Origin: an uncultured bacterium
GTDB lineage: Bacteria; Patescibacteriota; Minisyncoccia; UBA6257; GWB1-50-10
NCBI GenBank assembly: GCA_963768835.1
Contig: CAVYJB010000002.1
Location: 459,082-523,081 of the forward strand
Direction of reading: 5' to 3'
DNA length: 64,000 nucleotides
Shown in pieces: positions 9,613-19,568 of this stretch (positions are counted from its first letter, which is position 1; each line of letters begins with the position of its first letter). The notes beneath the pieces are model-generated. The model searched no databases, was not told the DNA's origin, and worked only from the letters and a program-made list of their open reading frames with translations. Made by a program: the position numbers and the translations under genes.

Positions 9613-10446
9613 GTGCGAGCATGGAACATGAAACGCGAAACCCTCACTTTAATTCTTCTCATTGCCACAGTGGTGCTCTCTGCGGCAACCCTAACCTTTG
9701 TTCTCCATGGTGCGAGCTGGGTCGCGCTCTCAGGGAGCAGTGAGGACTGCAACGTTCTTGGTGTGAAACTCCACGGAAGTCTCTACACCTACGGCGTGCC
9801 CACGGACCCCTTGAGTACGAGCACTGCCTCCCAAGATGCGACGGCTTCCGATGATCTCACATCCTCTATCACGGACGGTTCCACCGATTCTAGTATTAAA
9901 GCGATCATCATGGAGGTAGATTCGGGAGGAGGCCAGCCGGTGGCTGGCGAGGAGATCGCAAACGCCCTCAAGAATGTATCAAAGCCTACTGTGGCGTTCA
10001 TTCGGAGCGCCGGAGATTCCGCGGCGTACATGGCCGCAACTGGCGCGAAAACAATCTTCGCCTCGAAATTCTCAGATGTGGGGAGTATCGGCGTCACTCA
10101 GTCTTATTCCGATACGCATATCCAGGACCAGCAAAACGGTATTACCTGGAACCAGCTCTCTTCGGGGCCTTTCAAGGATACAGGGGACACCGAAAAAGCG
10201 CTCACGCCAGCTGAACGAACTCTTCTCATGCGGGACGTTAACATCGCATACCAAGATTTTGTGGCCCTCGTCGCGGAGAATCGGCATCTCGATGTACAAA
10301 AAGTGACCTCGCTCGCAGACGGCTCTTCTATGCTTGGTGAAGCGGCGCTTCAGAACGGCCTCATCGACCGCATTGGCGGTCTCCCAGAAGTGGAAAGTTA
10401 TCTTAAGGACCAAATCGGCACGGACCCCATTGTTTGCTGGCGGTAA
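9613..10446 (+). CDS. sppA: signal peptide peptidase SppA (S49 family, 36K type)
   Basis: N-terminal TM followed by IIMEVDSGGGQPVAGEEIANAL and SAGDSAAYMAATGAKTIFASKFSDVGSIGV, the ClpP/crotonase-fold S49 motifs. Confidence 0.8.
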   Translation: MRAWNMKRETLTLILLIATVVLSAATLTFVLHGASWVALSGSSEDCNVLGVKLHGSLYTYGVPTDPLSTSTASQDATASDDLTSSITDGSTDSSIKAIIMEVDSGGGQPVAGEEIANALKNVSKPTVAFIRSAGDSAAYMAATGAKTIFASKFSDVGSIGVTQSYSDTHIQDQQNGITWNQLSSGPFKDTGDTEKALTPAERTLLMRDVNIAYQDFVALVAENRHLDVQKVTSLADGSSMLGEAALQNGLIDRIGGLPEVESYLKDQIGTDPIVCWR

Positions 10447-10546
10447 GGCGTACCAGGCGCCTGGACATTTTTCCTCGATCGCCGGATTCGTGTATAATAG
10501 TCAGGCAAAGGTCGACCACGACCCTATCACTTCAGAATAGAAATCT

Positions 10547-10876
10547 ATGGATTCTACAGAACACACAGAACATGCGCACGGAAAACCGAATGGCATTGCC
10601 ATCCTTTCCTACCTCTGGATCCTCTGCATCGTACCTCTCATCATCGGGAAAGATGACCCGTTCGTGAAGTTTCATGCGAAGCAGGGCTTGGCCCTCTTCA
10701 TCGGGGAGATCGTGCTTTTTGTGATTGCGATGATTCCATTCCTCGGCTGGGCCATTGCCTGGATCGGCAATATCGTGGCCGTCGTTCTCTCCATCATCGG
10801 CATCGTGAATGTCGCACAGGGGAAACGCGCCGAACTCCCCATCGTCGGAAGGTTCGCTGAAAGTTTCAAGTTTTAG
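10547..10876 (+). CDS. DUF4870-family small membrane protein
   Basis: ILSYLWILCIVPLIIGKDDPFVKFHAKQGLALF is the DUF4870 signature; two TM segments. A TATAAT lies at 10493-10498 upstream. Confidence 0.6.
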   Translation: MDSTEHTEHAHGKPNGIAILSYLWILCIVPLIIGKDDPFVKFHAKQGLALFIGEIVLFVIAMIPFLGWAIAWIGNIVAVVLSIIGIVNVAQGKRAELPIVGRFAESFKF

Positions 10877-10954
10877 AAGGCTGACCATGGGATGGCTCTC
10901 GAGAAAGAGGCCCGTTCGGGATTCCGAGCGGGTCTCTTGTTGTATAATAGGATC

Positions 10955-11608
10955 ATGAGAACCCTGCGACGGAGCGAGTGGACCCTTCTTATTATCGTAG
11001 CTGTTATGATCGTTCTGGGCATCTTCGTATACCCGGCGCTTCCAGAGCAGACGGCGTCGCACTGGAATGCGGCGGGAGAAGTAAATGGCTATCTGCCGCG
11101 GTTCTGGGGGGCCTTTCTTTTGCCGATCATCGCTCTCATCATCGCACTTCTTTTCATCGCTATTCCGCGCGTCGATCCAAAACGAGCAAATATCGAGGGG
11201 TTCCGGTCATACTTCGATCGGGCAGTCATTCTCCTGCTCCTGTTTTTCTTCTATCTCTACGGGCTTACGCTTTTTTGGAATGTTGGGTATCATCCGAACT
11301 TCGCGCAATGGCTCGCGCCCGCGTTCGGTATCCTTTTTTACTATCTCGGGGTACTTTCGACTCATACGAAAATGAACTGGTTTATCGGCATCCGCACTCC
11401 TTGGACACTCTCAAGCGAGCGCGTTTGGGACAAGACGCATGCGCTCGGCGGGAAGCTTTTCCGGGCGGCTGGCGCCATCGCCCTCTTCGGCCTGGTATTC
11501 CCAGCCTACGGCATCTGGTTCATGCTTGTGCCCGTTCTTGTGGCGGCCGTGTGGGCCGTAGCATACTCTTACGTGGAGTATCGGAGAGAGGAACGGTCAA
11601 GAGCATAA
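10955..11608 (+). CDS. SdpI/YhfL-family membrane protein (DUF1648 + SdpI-like)
   Basis: A multi-TM protein with [17 protein letters not shown] resembles SdpI immunity proteins. A TATAAT at 10943-10948 sits 6 nt before the ATG at 10955; the ORF-track start at 10892 lies upstream of this promoter. Confidence 0.6.
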   Translation: MRTLRRSEWTLLIIVAVMIVLGIFVYPALPEQTASHWNAAGEVNGYLPRFWGAFLLPIIALIIALLFIAIPRVDPKRANIEGFRSYFDRAVILLLLFFFYLYGLTLFWNVGYHPNFAQWLAPAFGILFYYLGVLSTHTKMNWFIGIRTPWTLSSERVWDKTHALGGKLFRAAGAIALFGLVFPAYGIWFMLVPVLVAAVWAVAYSYVEYRREERSRA

Positions 11609-11630
11609 TCGCTGGCTCGTTATCTCTATC

Positions 11631-12026
11631 ATGAAGATCGCTCAGGAATTCAAAGAGTTCGCGATGCGGGGGAGTGTGGTGGACCTAGCTGTCGGCGTCA
11701 TCATCGGCGCGGCTTTCGGGAAGATTGTTTCCTCGCTCGTCGCAGATGTTCTTATGCCACCGCTGGGAGTCCTTTTAGGTGGTATCAACTTTGCAGACTA
11801 TCAGTGGACTCTCCGGTCGGCAGTCGGTGCGTCACCTGCGGTGACGCTGAACTACGGTCTCTTTATCCAGAACATCGTAGATTTTCTTATCGTGGCGTTT
11901 GTAATCTTCCTTGTGGTGAAAGGGGTCAACAGGTTGCGGAAAGAAAAACCAGCTGTCCCTCCGGAGCCCGCACCAGAAGTGAAGCTTCTCACGGAGATTC
12001 GTGATGCGCTAAAAGAGCGGAAGTAG
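11631..12026 (+). CDS. mscL: large-conductance mechanosensitive channel
   Basis: [46 protein letters not shown] matches the MscL TM1 and periplasmic loop consensus. Confidence 0.85.
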   Translation: MKIAQEFKEFAMRGSVVDLAVGVIIGAAFGKIVSSLVADVLMPPLGVLLGGINFADYQWTLRSAVGASPAVTLNYGLFIQNIVDFLIVAFVIFLVVKGVNRLRKEKPAVPPEPAPEVKLLTEIRDALKERK

Positions 12027-12061
12027 TGGTCCTAAGGAATCTTGTGGGGTAGAATAAAAGC

Positions 12062-12469
12062 ATGGACGACAAAGCGAAACAGAATGAGGATGTTTGGCAG
12101 AAGATGCTCACGCCGGAGCAATACAATGTGTGCCGGCTCGGCGGGACCGAGCCTCCAGGGAGTGGGAAATACACCTACACAAAGGAGAATGGGATGTATA
12201 TCTGTGTAGCCTGCGGACAGCCACTTTTCTCCTCGGAGACGAAATTCGATTCCAGCACGGGGTGGCCGAGCTTCTATGATGTCGTGGAGAGGGGGAATGT
12301 AGAACTCAGAGAGGACGCGAGCTACGGCATGCGTCGTACTGAAGTGCGCTGTCGGAACTGCGGCTCGCATCTCGGCCATGTTTTCGATGATGGCCCGGCC
12401 CCGACTGGGAAACGCTATTGTATCAATTCCGTTGCCTTGGATTTTAAAAAGAAAGATGGGAAGGCGTAG
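12062..12469 (+). CDS. msrB: peptide-methionine (R)-S-oxide reductase
   Basis: The SelR fold shows two zinc CxxC pairs (CVACGQPLF ... [16 protein letters not shown]) and the catalytic RYCINS motif. Confidence 0.9.
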   Translation: MDDKAKQNEDVWQKMLTPEQYNVCRLGGTEPPGSGKYTYTKENGMYICVACGQPLFSSETKFDSSTGWPSFYDVVERGNVELREDASYGMRRTEVRCRNCGSHLGHVFDDGPAPTGKRYCINSVALDFKKKDGKA

Positions 12470-12704
12470 GGGATTCACCGCTACACCTTTCCTTTCTTGG
12501 CTTTTCCTATGACTATAGCTGGGCAGTGAAGAAGCGACACCTAAAAGGGAACAGAGCTTTCTCGAGAGTGATGACGGCGGAGTCGCGAACTCCGCGGTTT
12601 TCTTTCCAGAAGCTCATAGAGTCCTCCACCAGCGCGTTGACGCTCGCGTCCATGGGTGCTATTTTTCTATCAGTTCATCGAACACACTCACGGAAGGAGA
12701 TGGT

Positions 12705-13265
12705 ATGGGCGCGTCCATGGTTCCTCAGAAGATGTTTGCCACAAAAGGTGTCGGTCGGCATAAGGATTATCTTCAGTCCTTCGAGCTCGCGCTCCGGGAC
12801 GCCAAGATCGAGAAGTGCAATTTGGTAACTGTTTCCAGCATTTACCCACCTGGGTGCAAACGAATCTCGGTGGAGGAAGGCGTGAAGATGCTTTTGCCCG
12901 GGGAGCTCACCTATTGCGTCATGGCCCGCAATGCAACCAACGAGCCGAACCGGCTCATCGCTGCATCCATCGGTGTCGCTACCCCGGCGGACGACACCCA
13001 GTATGGCTATCTTTCCGAGCATCATCCCTACGGCGAAACCGATGAGAGGGCAGGCGAGTATGCCGAAGATCTGGCGGCGACGATGCTTGCCACCACGTTG
13101 GGGGTCGAGTTCGACCCGGGTATCGCCTGGGACGAGCGGGAAAAGCTCTTCAAGATGAGCGGGAAGATTGTGAAAACCTACAATGTGACGCAGTCGGCTG
13201 AGGGCCATAAAGATGGTATCTGGACGACCGTCCTCGCCTCTGTGGTCTTTATTCTCGACACCTGA
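12705..13265 (+). CDS. pdaD: pyruvoyl-dependent arginine decarboxylase
   Basis: [19 protein letters not shown] and [12 protein letters not shown] carry the Ser-Ser self-cleavage site typical of PdaD. The length of 186 aa fits. A GGAAGGAG Shine-Dalgarno sits 7 nt upstream. Confidence 0.8.
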   Translation: MGASMVPQKMFATKGVGRHKDYLQSFELALRDAKIEKCNLVTVSSIYPPGCKRISVEEGVKMLLPGELTYCVMARNATNEPNRLIAASIGVATPADDTQYGYLSEHHPYGETDERAGEYAEDLAATMLATTLGVEFDPGIAWDEREKLFKMSGKIVKTYNVTQSAEGHKDGIWTTVLASVVFILDT

Positions 13266-13343
13266 TTGCGGATGTTTTCTCTATTACCCCGGTGCGATCT
13301 ACCCATGATCGCAGCCGGGGCTATTTTTTGTTACGATGGTGAC

Positions 13344-14282
13344 ATGCGAATTCTGAAGGGCCTTCTTTTAGCCATTCTTTTCCTTGGTGTAGTTTTCGTA
13401 GCCTATCATTTTCGAGCTCCTATCGAGGATGTTACACAAGGCCTTCTGCCAGCGCCGAAACCCTGTGCCGAACCCATCCGCTATACGCTCGGTGTTTTTG
13501 ATACCCGTTTCGGGATTTCGCAGACGGATTTCCTTGCAGCCGCTAAGCAGGCGACCGCGATCTGGTCTGCGCCCGTTGGCCACGACCTCTTCGCGTATGG
13601 GACGCCCGCTACACTCACACTCAACCTCATCTATGACCAGCGGCAGGATGTTACGCAGCGTCTTCAGGGTCTCGGCATCGTCATCCAGGACAACCAAGCG
13701 AGCTACAATATCTTGAAAACCAAGTTTGAAACGCTCAAGACCGCATACGGTGGGGAAGAGACGGCATATAATAGCGATCTTGCCGCATTCAACACCCAAA
13801 AAACCGCTTATGAGACAGAGGTTGAAAAATGGAACGCGGAGGGTGGGGCTCCGGCGGACGTATATGCCCGCCTTCAGACGGAGAAAGCGGCCCTGGACCA
13901 GGAAGTAGCCCGCGTAAACCAGGAGGGTGCAGACCTCCAGACCTCAGCGGACAACCTAAATGCGGTTGTCGAAGCTCTGAATCGGCTCGCTGGCATCTTG
14001 AATCTTACGGTGGTGAACTACAATGCCATCGATGCGAGCCAGGGCCAGGAATTTCAGGAAGGTGTCTATCAAAGCGATGCCGCAAGCTCTTCTATTGCGG
14101 TCTATCAGTTCGGCACCCGCGACAAGTTGGTACGTGTCCTGGCACACGAGTTCGGCCATGCGCTGGGCCTGGAGCACGTGAACGATCCCCAAGCTATCAT
14201 GTATAAACTGAACCAGGGCACGACGGAGAAGCTCGCGCCCGCGGATATCGCCGAGCTCCGTGCCCGGTGCGGAGGTTTCTGA
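13344..14282 (+). CDS. membrane-anchored matrixin-like zinc metalloprotease with long coiled-coil stalk
   Basis: HEFGHALGLEH followed by a Met-turn AIMY is a metzincin signature. The N-terminal TM is MRILKGLLLAILFLGVVFVAY. The ORF-track start at 13266 is probably an upstream extension. Confidence 0.7.
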   Translation: MRILKGLLLAILFLGVVFVAYHFRAPIEDVTQGLLPAPKPCAEPIRYTLGVFDTRFGISQTDFLAAAKQATAIWSAPVGHDLFAYGTPATLTLNLIYDQRQDVTQRLQGLGIVIQDNQASYNILKTKFETLKTAYGGEETAYNSDLAAFNTQKTAYETEVEKWNAEGGAPADVYARLQTEKAALDQEVARVNQEGADLQTSADNLNAVVEALNRLAGILNLTVVNYNAIDASQGQEFQEGVYQSDAASSSIAVYQFGTRDKLVRVLAHEFGHALGLEHVNDPQAIMYKLNQGTTEKLAPADIAELRARCGGF

Positions 14283-14303
14283 ATTGTGGTAAGCTGAGAT
14301 CAT

Positions 14304-15050
14304 ATGCGGATAGAGTGGAACAAGGTTACGTGGTACTCCGTCACCCTCTCCATTGTTGTCATTGGAGGATTCATTGCTGGTGTCGTTTCGTATATCTCGT
14401 GGTACCGTTCCGTCTCGAGCCGAGCGGAGGCGAGTTATGAGGCGCTTCAACAAGCTGTCGTGGCTCAGACACAACAAGCGCAGCACATCATGACCCTCTC
14501 GCCGGGGTCTCTGGGCACTGGAATCCAGTCGGTAGATACATCGAGCTGGAAGGTTTATACAAATACGAAGTACGGATTTTCGTTCCAATACCCGTCAGGT
14601 CTCGAATTGAAGGAAGGGCCCGTGCCGGATTTTCCGATGTGGAGGTACGGGAGCATGGTGCAGGGGGACCGTGTTGTCGCGGTCGGGGTTTTGGAGTCGC
14701 AGTATCCGAAAACGAATCTTGGGTTCGCGGGATTCCATGTGGGCGTGAGTGCGGACCCCAAAGAAGTAGCCGCCTGTCTTAGTCCTGACTATCCTAGCGA
14801 ACAGATGATTTCAACCTCGCTCTCGGGTGTCCCGTTTGAGTTTACAACCACGACTGATGTGGGAGCGGGGAACTACTATGACATTACAAGCTATCGCACG
14901 GTCCATGCGGGAACCTGTTTCGCGCTGGAGATTGTCCTACACTCTTCGAACATTATGAATTACTCCGAAACGCTTGGCATGAAGGAATTCGACCGCGCCA
15001 GCATCTATCCGCTTCTTCTACACACTCTCCAGACCTTCCGTTTCCAATAG
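14304..15050 (+). CDS. hypothetical N-terminally anchored protein
   Basis: 248-aa ORF with one TM (VTLSIVVIGGFIAGVVSYI). No recognizable catalytic motif. Confidence 0.5.
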   Translation: MRIEWNKVTWYSVTLSIVVIGGFIAGVVSYISWYRSVSSRAEASYEALQQAVVAQTQQAQHIMTLSPGSLGTGIQSVDTSSWKVYTNTKYGFSFQYPSGLELKEGPVPDFPMWRYGSMVQGDRVVAVGVLESQYPKTNLGFAGFHVGVSADPKEVAACLSPDYPSEQMISTSLSGVPFEFTTTTDVGAGNYYDITSYRTVHAGTCFALEIVLHSSNIMNYSETLGMKEFDRASIYPLLLHTLQTFRFQ

Positions 15051-15140
15051 CGAGTTGACCTCATGACCGTTCGGGGAGTAGAGTGTTCATCAGTGAACGC
15101 TCTTTTTCATCTCCAATAACGAAAAACAAAGGAGGGTTGT

Positions 15141-15503
15141 ATGGAGACGGTGAATGAAAGAATCGAGGCGTGGTGTGTCCAGCCCTTGGATAGTTATACC
15201 AATCAGGTGATCGCGAGACGTCTGGATGCCAGCGCAGGAGACGAAGTGCAGGAATCCCATGAGCTCTTCGGCCTCTATCTCTGTTCTCTTAAGGATATTG
15301 AAAGTTTTGTTCTCAGTCGGCACGATCTTAACCTTAAATTCCTCGTTTACGGCCGCCTCGAGAATACACAGAAGTTTGCGAACATAACCTCTCTTTTCGA
15401 CCGCGGAAGACGGCCTATGCGAAGGATGCCCCCGGCGGAACCGACATCTCGTTTCCTGACCGGCCTCACTCATCATTTCCCTGAGTCTGGTGTAAAAGCC
15501 TGA
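15141..15503 (+). CDS. hypothetical protein
   Basis: A GGAGGG Shine-Dalgarno lies 6 nt upstream of the ATG, and a rho-independent terminator follows. An antisense ORF at 15090..15476 is disfavoured. Confidence 0.4.
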   Translation: METVNERIEAWCVQPLDSYTNQVIARRLDASAGDEVQESHELFGLYLCSLKDIESFVLSRHDLNLKFLVYGRLENTQKFANITSLFDRGRRPMRRMPPAEPTSRFLTGLTHHFPESGVKA

Positions 15504-15508
15504 CTCTA

Positions 15509-15550
15509 AAAAAACCCCCGGTGCGCTATAACAGCGTGTCCGGGGGTTTA
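15509..15550. terminator. bidirectional rho-independent terminator between convergent genes
   Basis: AAAAAACCCCCGG-(loop)-CCGGGGGTTT: a 7-bp GC stem flanked by an A-run and a T-run. Confidence 0.7.
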
Positions 15551-15570
15551 CTTATGCTCTCTGCTGTTTC

Positions 15571-16305
15571 TCATTTTCTAGTAGAAGCGAGGAGGGAGCG
15601 GGTGGCGAAGGATTGAAATTTTCGTTTCAAGACAGGAAGTACGGTTGCATCGTAGGGAAGTTCGATCTTGACTGAGATGGAGAAGGTGGCAGGGTTTGGG
15701 AATTCAGGGAACCGGCGCATGAGCTCGAGTTTGATCTCCTCCGGTGTCGAAGGGAGGGGCAGCTTCATCTCCAGGCGACGTGAACGCAGTCCACGTAGGC
15801 GATCTTCGCCAGCGGTATAGATAGAGACTTCGTATTGGTGCAGATCAGGAGTTTGTTCCGGTCTTGAGATGATCCAGTATCCTTCGAGTTTGTGCTGAGG
15901 CTCAAGACCGACCGTGGTGATATGAACGTGCTGTCCAACGAACTCGAAGATTGCAGAGCCTTCTTCGTTTACTTTTCGAATCTGCGGCAGAGCCCAACTC
16001 ATCAAGCTTGCCACCGAATCGAAAGCAGTGTCGTCGCCCGCGAGACAGAAAAGAAGTTTCCGATGTTCGACATCGACCCGTCGTAGTTTATGAGGCAAGC
16101 GATCTTGTAGCTGCTTTCGGTGTTCCAGCACCTCCTCTAGCCCGAGTTGGAGGTCGACGAGCTTGGCGAATGAGGGGTAGAGGCGGTTATGTCTCAACTC
16201 CTTCCTTGCCGCCGTGAGGTGAGCCAGGATGCGGTAGCGCTGCAATTCCTCGTCCTTTTCCGGATGAAGAAAAAGATCGAACGAGAGCTTCTCTGAAACT
16301 TCCAT
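15571..16305 (-). CDS. hypothetical protein
   Basis: Start assigned to the internal Met (MEVSEKLSF...) because GGGAGG lies 6 nt upstream on the minus strand. No recognizable domain. Confidence 0.45.
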   Translation of the reverse strand: MEVSEKLSFDLFLHPEKDEELQRYRILAHLTAARKELRHNRLYPSFAKLVDLQLGLEEVLEHRKQLQDRLPHKLRRVDVEHRKLLFCLAGDDTAFDSVASLMSWALPQIRKVNEEGSAIFEFVGQHVHITTVGLEPQHKLEGYWIISRPEQTPDLHQYEVSIYTAGEDRLRGLRSRRLEMKLPLPSTPEEIKLELMRRFPEFPNPATFSISVKIELPYDATVLPVLKRKFQSFATRSLLASTRK

Positions 16306-16641
16306 AATAAGCCTCCCTCGTTGATAGGTGGGTGAAGTTACTGTTCCATAGTATGCGGCGTGATCGCGGGGTCCGTCAACGGTCGACAACCACAAACCCC
16401 CCGCTGTAGGGCAGGGGGTTTTGTTCTTTGCACGGAACGCACTCCGTGCGGTGCTCCCGAAACGAGAGCTATATGGTTCGCTCATCGGTCGATGAGGTGG
16501 AGAGTTGTGGGGTTTTCAGCCCTGCGGAGGAGGCCGCGGAGGAAAGTAACCGATTGTATGCTCAGCCTGTGTAAGCTTGCGACTATGAGCTGCGGCGTGG
16601 GAAATGATGCGGTAGCGTTTCATGGTTGTAATTAATAGTTT

Positions 16642-17103
16642 TTAGTTGAGGAAGGGAACTCGTATCAAGACACCTCGCGTGGCCGACTTCATGTGGCCCC
16701 AGAAGAAGCCTGCCACTCCTCGGATGGTGCGGAGAATCCGTTCCCAGATGCGACCCCACCGCAAGGCGCGAGTTCCGAGGCCAACAACGAGAAGGATGTC
16801 GACCAGGAGACCGAAGAAAAGGTCGAAGTGGTGAAACTGTGCTGGTACTAGTCCTCCGAGACCGATAGAGTTAGCAAGGGAGCGCACCCCCGTCGCAATG
16901 CCGTCGTTCAAACCATGGTGCGTGAGGTCGAGGATGTGCCAGGAGTCAGCTATGAAACTTCCGATCGCAAGGCCGAGGAGGAGAAGAAAGGGGCCTCGAC
17001 GTGTGTAATGACGGAGACGCGCCCGCCGCAAGATGCGCCGGTGGAGCCGCCCCGATACCGGTTCGGAATCAAGGGATTTAATTTTTTGGAAATAGTAGTC
17101 CAT
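16642..17103 (-). CDS. putative anti-sigma factor (membrane) downstream of the ECF sigma
   Basis: Overlaps the 3' end of the sigma gene on the same strand. Charged N-terminus (RLHRRILRRARLRHYTRRG) followed by TM helices, the same layout as ORF 204..635. Confidence 0.4.
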   Translation of the reverse strand: MDYYFQKIKSLDSEPVSGRLHRRILRRARLRHYTRRGPFLLLLGLAIGSFIADSWHILDLTHHGLNDGIATGVRSLANSIGLGGLVPAQFHHFDLFFGLLVDILLVVGLGTRALRWGRIWERILRTIRGVAGFFWGHMKSATRGVLIRVPFLN

Positions 17104-17665
17104 ATGGTTTTGGGTGCGCGGCGGCGGGGAGGATTTGCGCTTCAAGTTCAAGCGCACGACCGAGCTCCTGCCGCGCGTTTCTTAGATGTGTTTTCAGGGT
17201 TCCGAGGGGTATATTGAGGATGGACGCGATCTCACGGTAACTGAATTCGTCATGGTAGTAGAGGAGCAGCACCGATTGGTGTAAGTGCGGAAGCCGGATG
17301 AGAGCCCGTCGAATATCGAGACCCTCGGCCCAGTCGGCAGGGCGCGATGCGGGGGCCGGGACCTCTTCCGCCGCCTCAAGCGGCGCTTCCTTGAGCCGTT
17401 TCCGCTTCCGGAGCGCATCGAAAGCAAGATTCGTCGCGACGCGGTAGAGCCAACCGCGCACGTTTCGCCCCGTGTCAATCCGCCGTAGGTTGGTGTAGAG
17501 CCGCAGAAACGTTTCTTGAGTGAGATCTTCTGCGTCCTCCCTCTGGCCCACAAGCCGTATGAGATAGTTCAGGATAGGTCGCTCGTGAGCGGTGAGAATC
17601 GCCTCGAAGACCATGAGGCCCCCACTCTTCCCCTCGTTTTGTGGCATATCCGGTCTGGTGTTCAT
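17078..17665 (-). CDS. RNA polymerase ECF-type sigma factor (sigma-70 family, group 4)
   Basis: Region 2 (DAEDLTQETFLRLYTNLRRIDTGRNVRGWLYRVATNLAFD) and region 4 (FSYREIASILNIPLGTLKTHLRNARQEL). Confidence 0.85.
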   Translation of the reverse strand: MNTRPDMPQNEGKSGGLMVFEAILTAHERPILNYLIRLVGQREDAEDLTQETFLRLYTNLRRIDTGRNVRGWLYRVATNLAFDALRKRKRLKEAPLEAAEEVPAPASRPADWAEGLDIRRALIRLPHLHQSVLLLYYHDEFSYREIASILNIPLGTLKTHLRNARQELGRALELEAQILPAAAHPKPYGLLFPKN

Positions 17666-17840
17666 AGCGTAGTTGGCTCCTGGTCCTTCACTTATTAATA
17701 CGAAGGGGAGGAGGAAAAGGTTTGCGAAGCCAGAGAACCATTGGATTTTCGAGCTCTCTGAAGGTTGCCCTTTCCTGGGAATGTGGCGTTCTCATTGTCG
17801 CGTTCTTGCGCAGGGCGGGGGCAGGGTTAAACTGTAGCCA

Positions 17841-19565
17841 ATGCCGAAGGAGACCGATCTTATTAAGCAAAAACTAAATATCGTGGATTTTATCCGCGGA
17901 TATCTTCCCCTCATGCCCGCAGGGAAGAATTTCAAGGCGCTCTGCCCCTTTCATCCCGAGAAGACACCTTCGTTCATTGTCTCACCGGATCGTCAAACCT
18001 GGCACTGTTTTGGTTGCAGTGAAGGCGGAGACATTATCAAGTTTGTGATGAAATATGAGAACCTGGAGTTCCCCGAAGCGCTGCGTTTTCTTGGAGAGAA
18101 AGCCGGCGTCCCCATCCAGGTTTTGAATCCGCGCGAGCAACGGGAGTTCGGCGTACTCTACGATCTCCACGAAGCGGCGCGCGACTACTACCGCGCTGCT
18201 CTTGGAAAGCATGAACGGGCACGCAAGTATCTCGCAGACCGAGGCTTGAGGCCGGAAACGCTCGAAGCGTTCGGTGTGGGGTACGCTCCAGGTGGGGAAT
18301 CCCTAACACTCCATCTTATTCAAAAAGGATTCGACGTTGCGGATGTAGTGCGCGGCGGGCTCGCGGGGAAGGCAGCAAGCGGGATGTTCCGCGACCGTTT
18401 CCAAGCCCGCATCACATTCCCTATCGCGAATCAGCTTGGGAAAATAGTGGCATTCACGGGGCGCATCCTCGAGGTGCCCGTGGGCATGAAGGAAGGGGAT
18501 CTCCCGAAGTATCTAAACAGTCCTGAGACCCCCATCTTCTCGAAGTCCAAGGTACTCTATGGGCTCGATCGCACGAAGAACGCCATCGCCCGGAGTCGCA
18601 CCGCGCTTCTTGTCGAAGGCCAGATGGACCTTCTGATGGCATGGCAGTCCGGCGTGGAGAACATAGTAGCGACTTCTGGCACCGCGCTTACAACCCAACA
18701 TCTCGAACGGCTCCGTCGCATCGCGGACACCGTCATTGTGAGTTTCGACAACGACCCCGCGGGCTTGAAGGCTCTGGAGCGGTCGCTGGATACAATGGGT
18801 GGTTTTGATTTCCACGTGAAGGCCATCCGCATCAGTCCCTATAAGGATCCGGCGGATGCCGTGAAGGCTGACCCTGAGTTTTTGAAACGAGCCGTTGCGG
18901 CCGCGGAACCTGCTTTCCGCTACCTTTTCGCCGAGACCTTTGCTCTTCCGGCGGTGGTGGATGACACGGCGGAGCGGAAACGTGCGGTGCGGGAGTTCTT
19001 GGGGAAGATCCGCCGACTCCCAAGTGCTGTGGAACAGGACGTATGGCTGAAAGATTTGGCAAACTATTCGGGTGTCTCGGAGACAGCGCTTGCGACCGAG
19101 CTTGCGAACCTGCCCGCGCCGAAGACTGGAACCGCAGAACCTGCTGCGGAAGCGAAAGTCATTCTCCCCGGGGCCGAACGTATCGATCTCATCGCGCGAC
19201 GGCTTCTCACGCTTGCGTTTTTCCGCGATGAATTTTTGGAAGCGGTGCGCGTGAAGCGCGATCTACTACCCGCGTTCTATGCTGCAGCACTTGACGACCC
19301 TTCTTCTCAAGCACGGCAGATGCTCGAGCTTCAGGCGAGCTACACGCTTCCCAGCGATGACCCGCTTGCGCTCCGGGAGGAGCTTGATGAACTTCTGGAG
19401 CAGTTGGAACTTGAGAAACTTGTCCGGGATCAACTTGCTCTCCGAGTGGAGATACGCGCGGCTGAGCGACGAGGGGATGAACCGGGGACCCTCACGCTTA
19501 TGGAGCGGTTCAACAAGCTATCCCACGCGATTGACGAACTCCGTGGGAACCTCTATAGTACCTAG
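17841..19565 (+). CDS. dnaG: DNA primase
   Basis: CHC2 zinc finger (CPFHPEKTPSFIVSPDRQTWHCFGC), a TOPRIM domain (LLVEGQMDLL ... SFDNDPAG) and a C-terminal helical domain. Confidence 0.9.
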   Translation: MPKETDLIKQKLNIVDFIRGYLPLMPAGKNFKALCPFHPEKTPSFIVSPDRQTWHCFGCSEGGDIIKFVMKYENLEFPEALRFLGEKAGVPIQVLNPREQREFGVLYDLHEAARDYYRAALGKHERARKYLADRGLRPETLEAFGVGYAPGGESLTLHLIQKGFDVADVVRGGLAGKAASGMFRDRFQARITFPIANQLGKIVAFTGRILEVPVGMKEGDLPKYLNSPETPIFSKSKVLYGLDRTKNAIARSRTALLVEGQMDLLMAWQSGVENIVATSGTALTTQHLERLRRIADTVIVSFDNDPAGLKALERSLDTMGGFDFHVKAIRISPYKDPADAVKADPEFLKRAVAAAEPAFRYLFAETFALPAVVDDTAERKRAVREFLGKIRRLPSAVEQDVWLKDLANYSGVSETALATELANLPAPKTGTAEPAAEAKVILPGAERIDLIARRLLTLAFFRDEFLEAVRVKRDLLPAFYAAALDDPSSQARQMLELQASYTLPSDDPLALREELDELLEQLELEKLVRDQLALRVEIRAAERRGDEPGTLTLMERFNKLSHAIDELRGNLYST

Positions 19566-19568
19566 CGA

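Noticed and set aside
15090-15476. 128-codon minus-strand ORF antisense to ORF 15141..15503
   Set aside because: The + strand ORF has a GGAGGG Shine-Dalgarno at ideal spacing and is followed by a terminator. The antisense ORF has neither. Neither has homology, so confidence in either is low.
16360-16635. 91-codon + strand ORF in the 330-bp gap between the anti-sigma gene and the orphan gene
   Set aside because: No Shine-Dalgarno or promoter is evident. The composition is Arg/Cys/Gly-rich. It sits between two minus-strand genes, so it is more likely untranslated leader or regulatory sequence.
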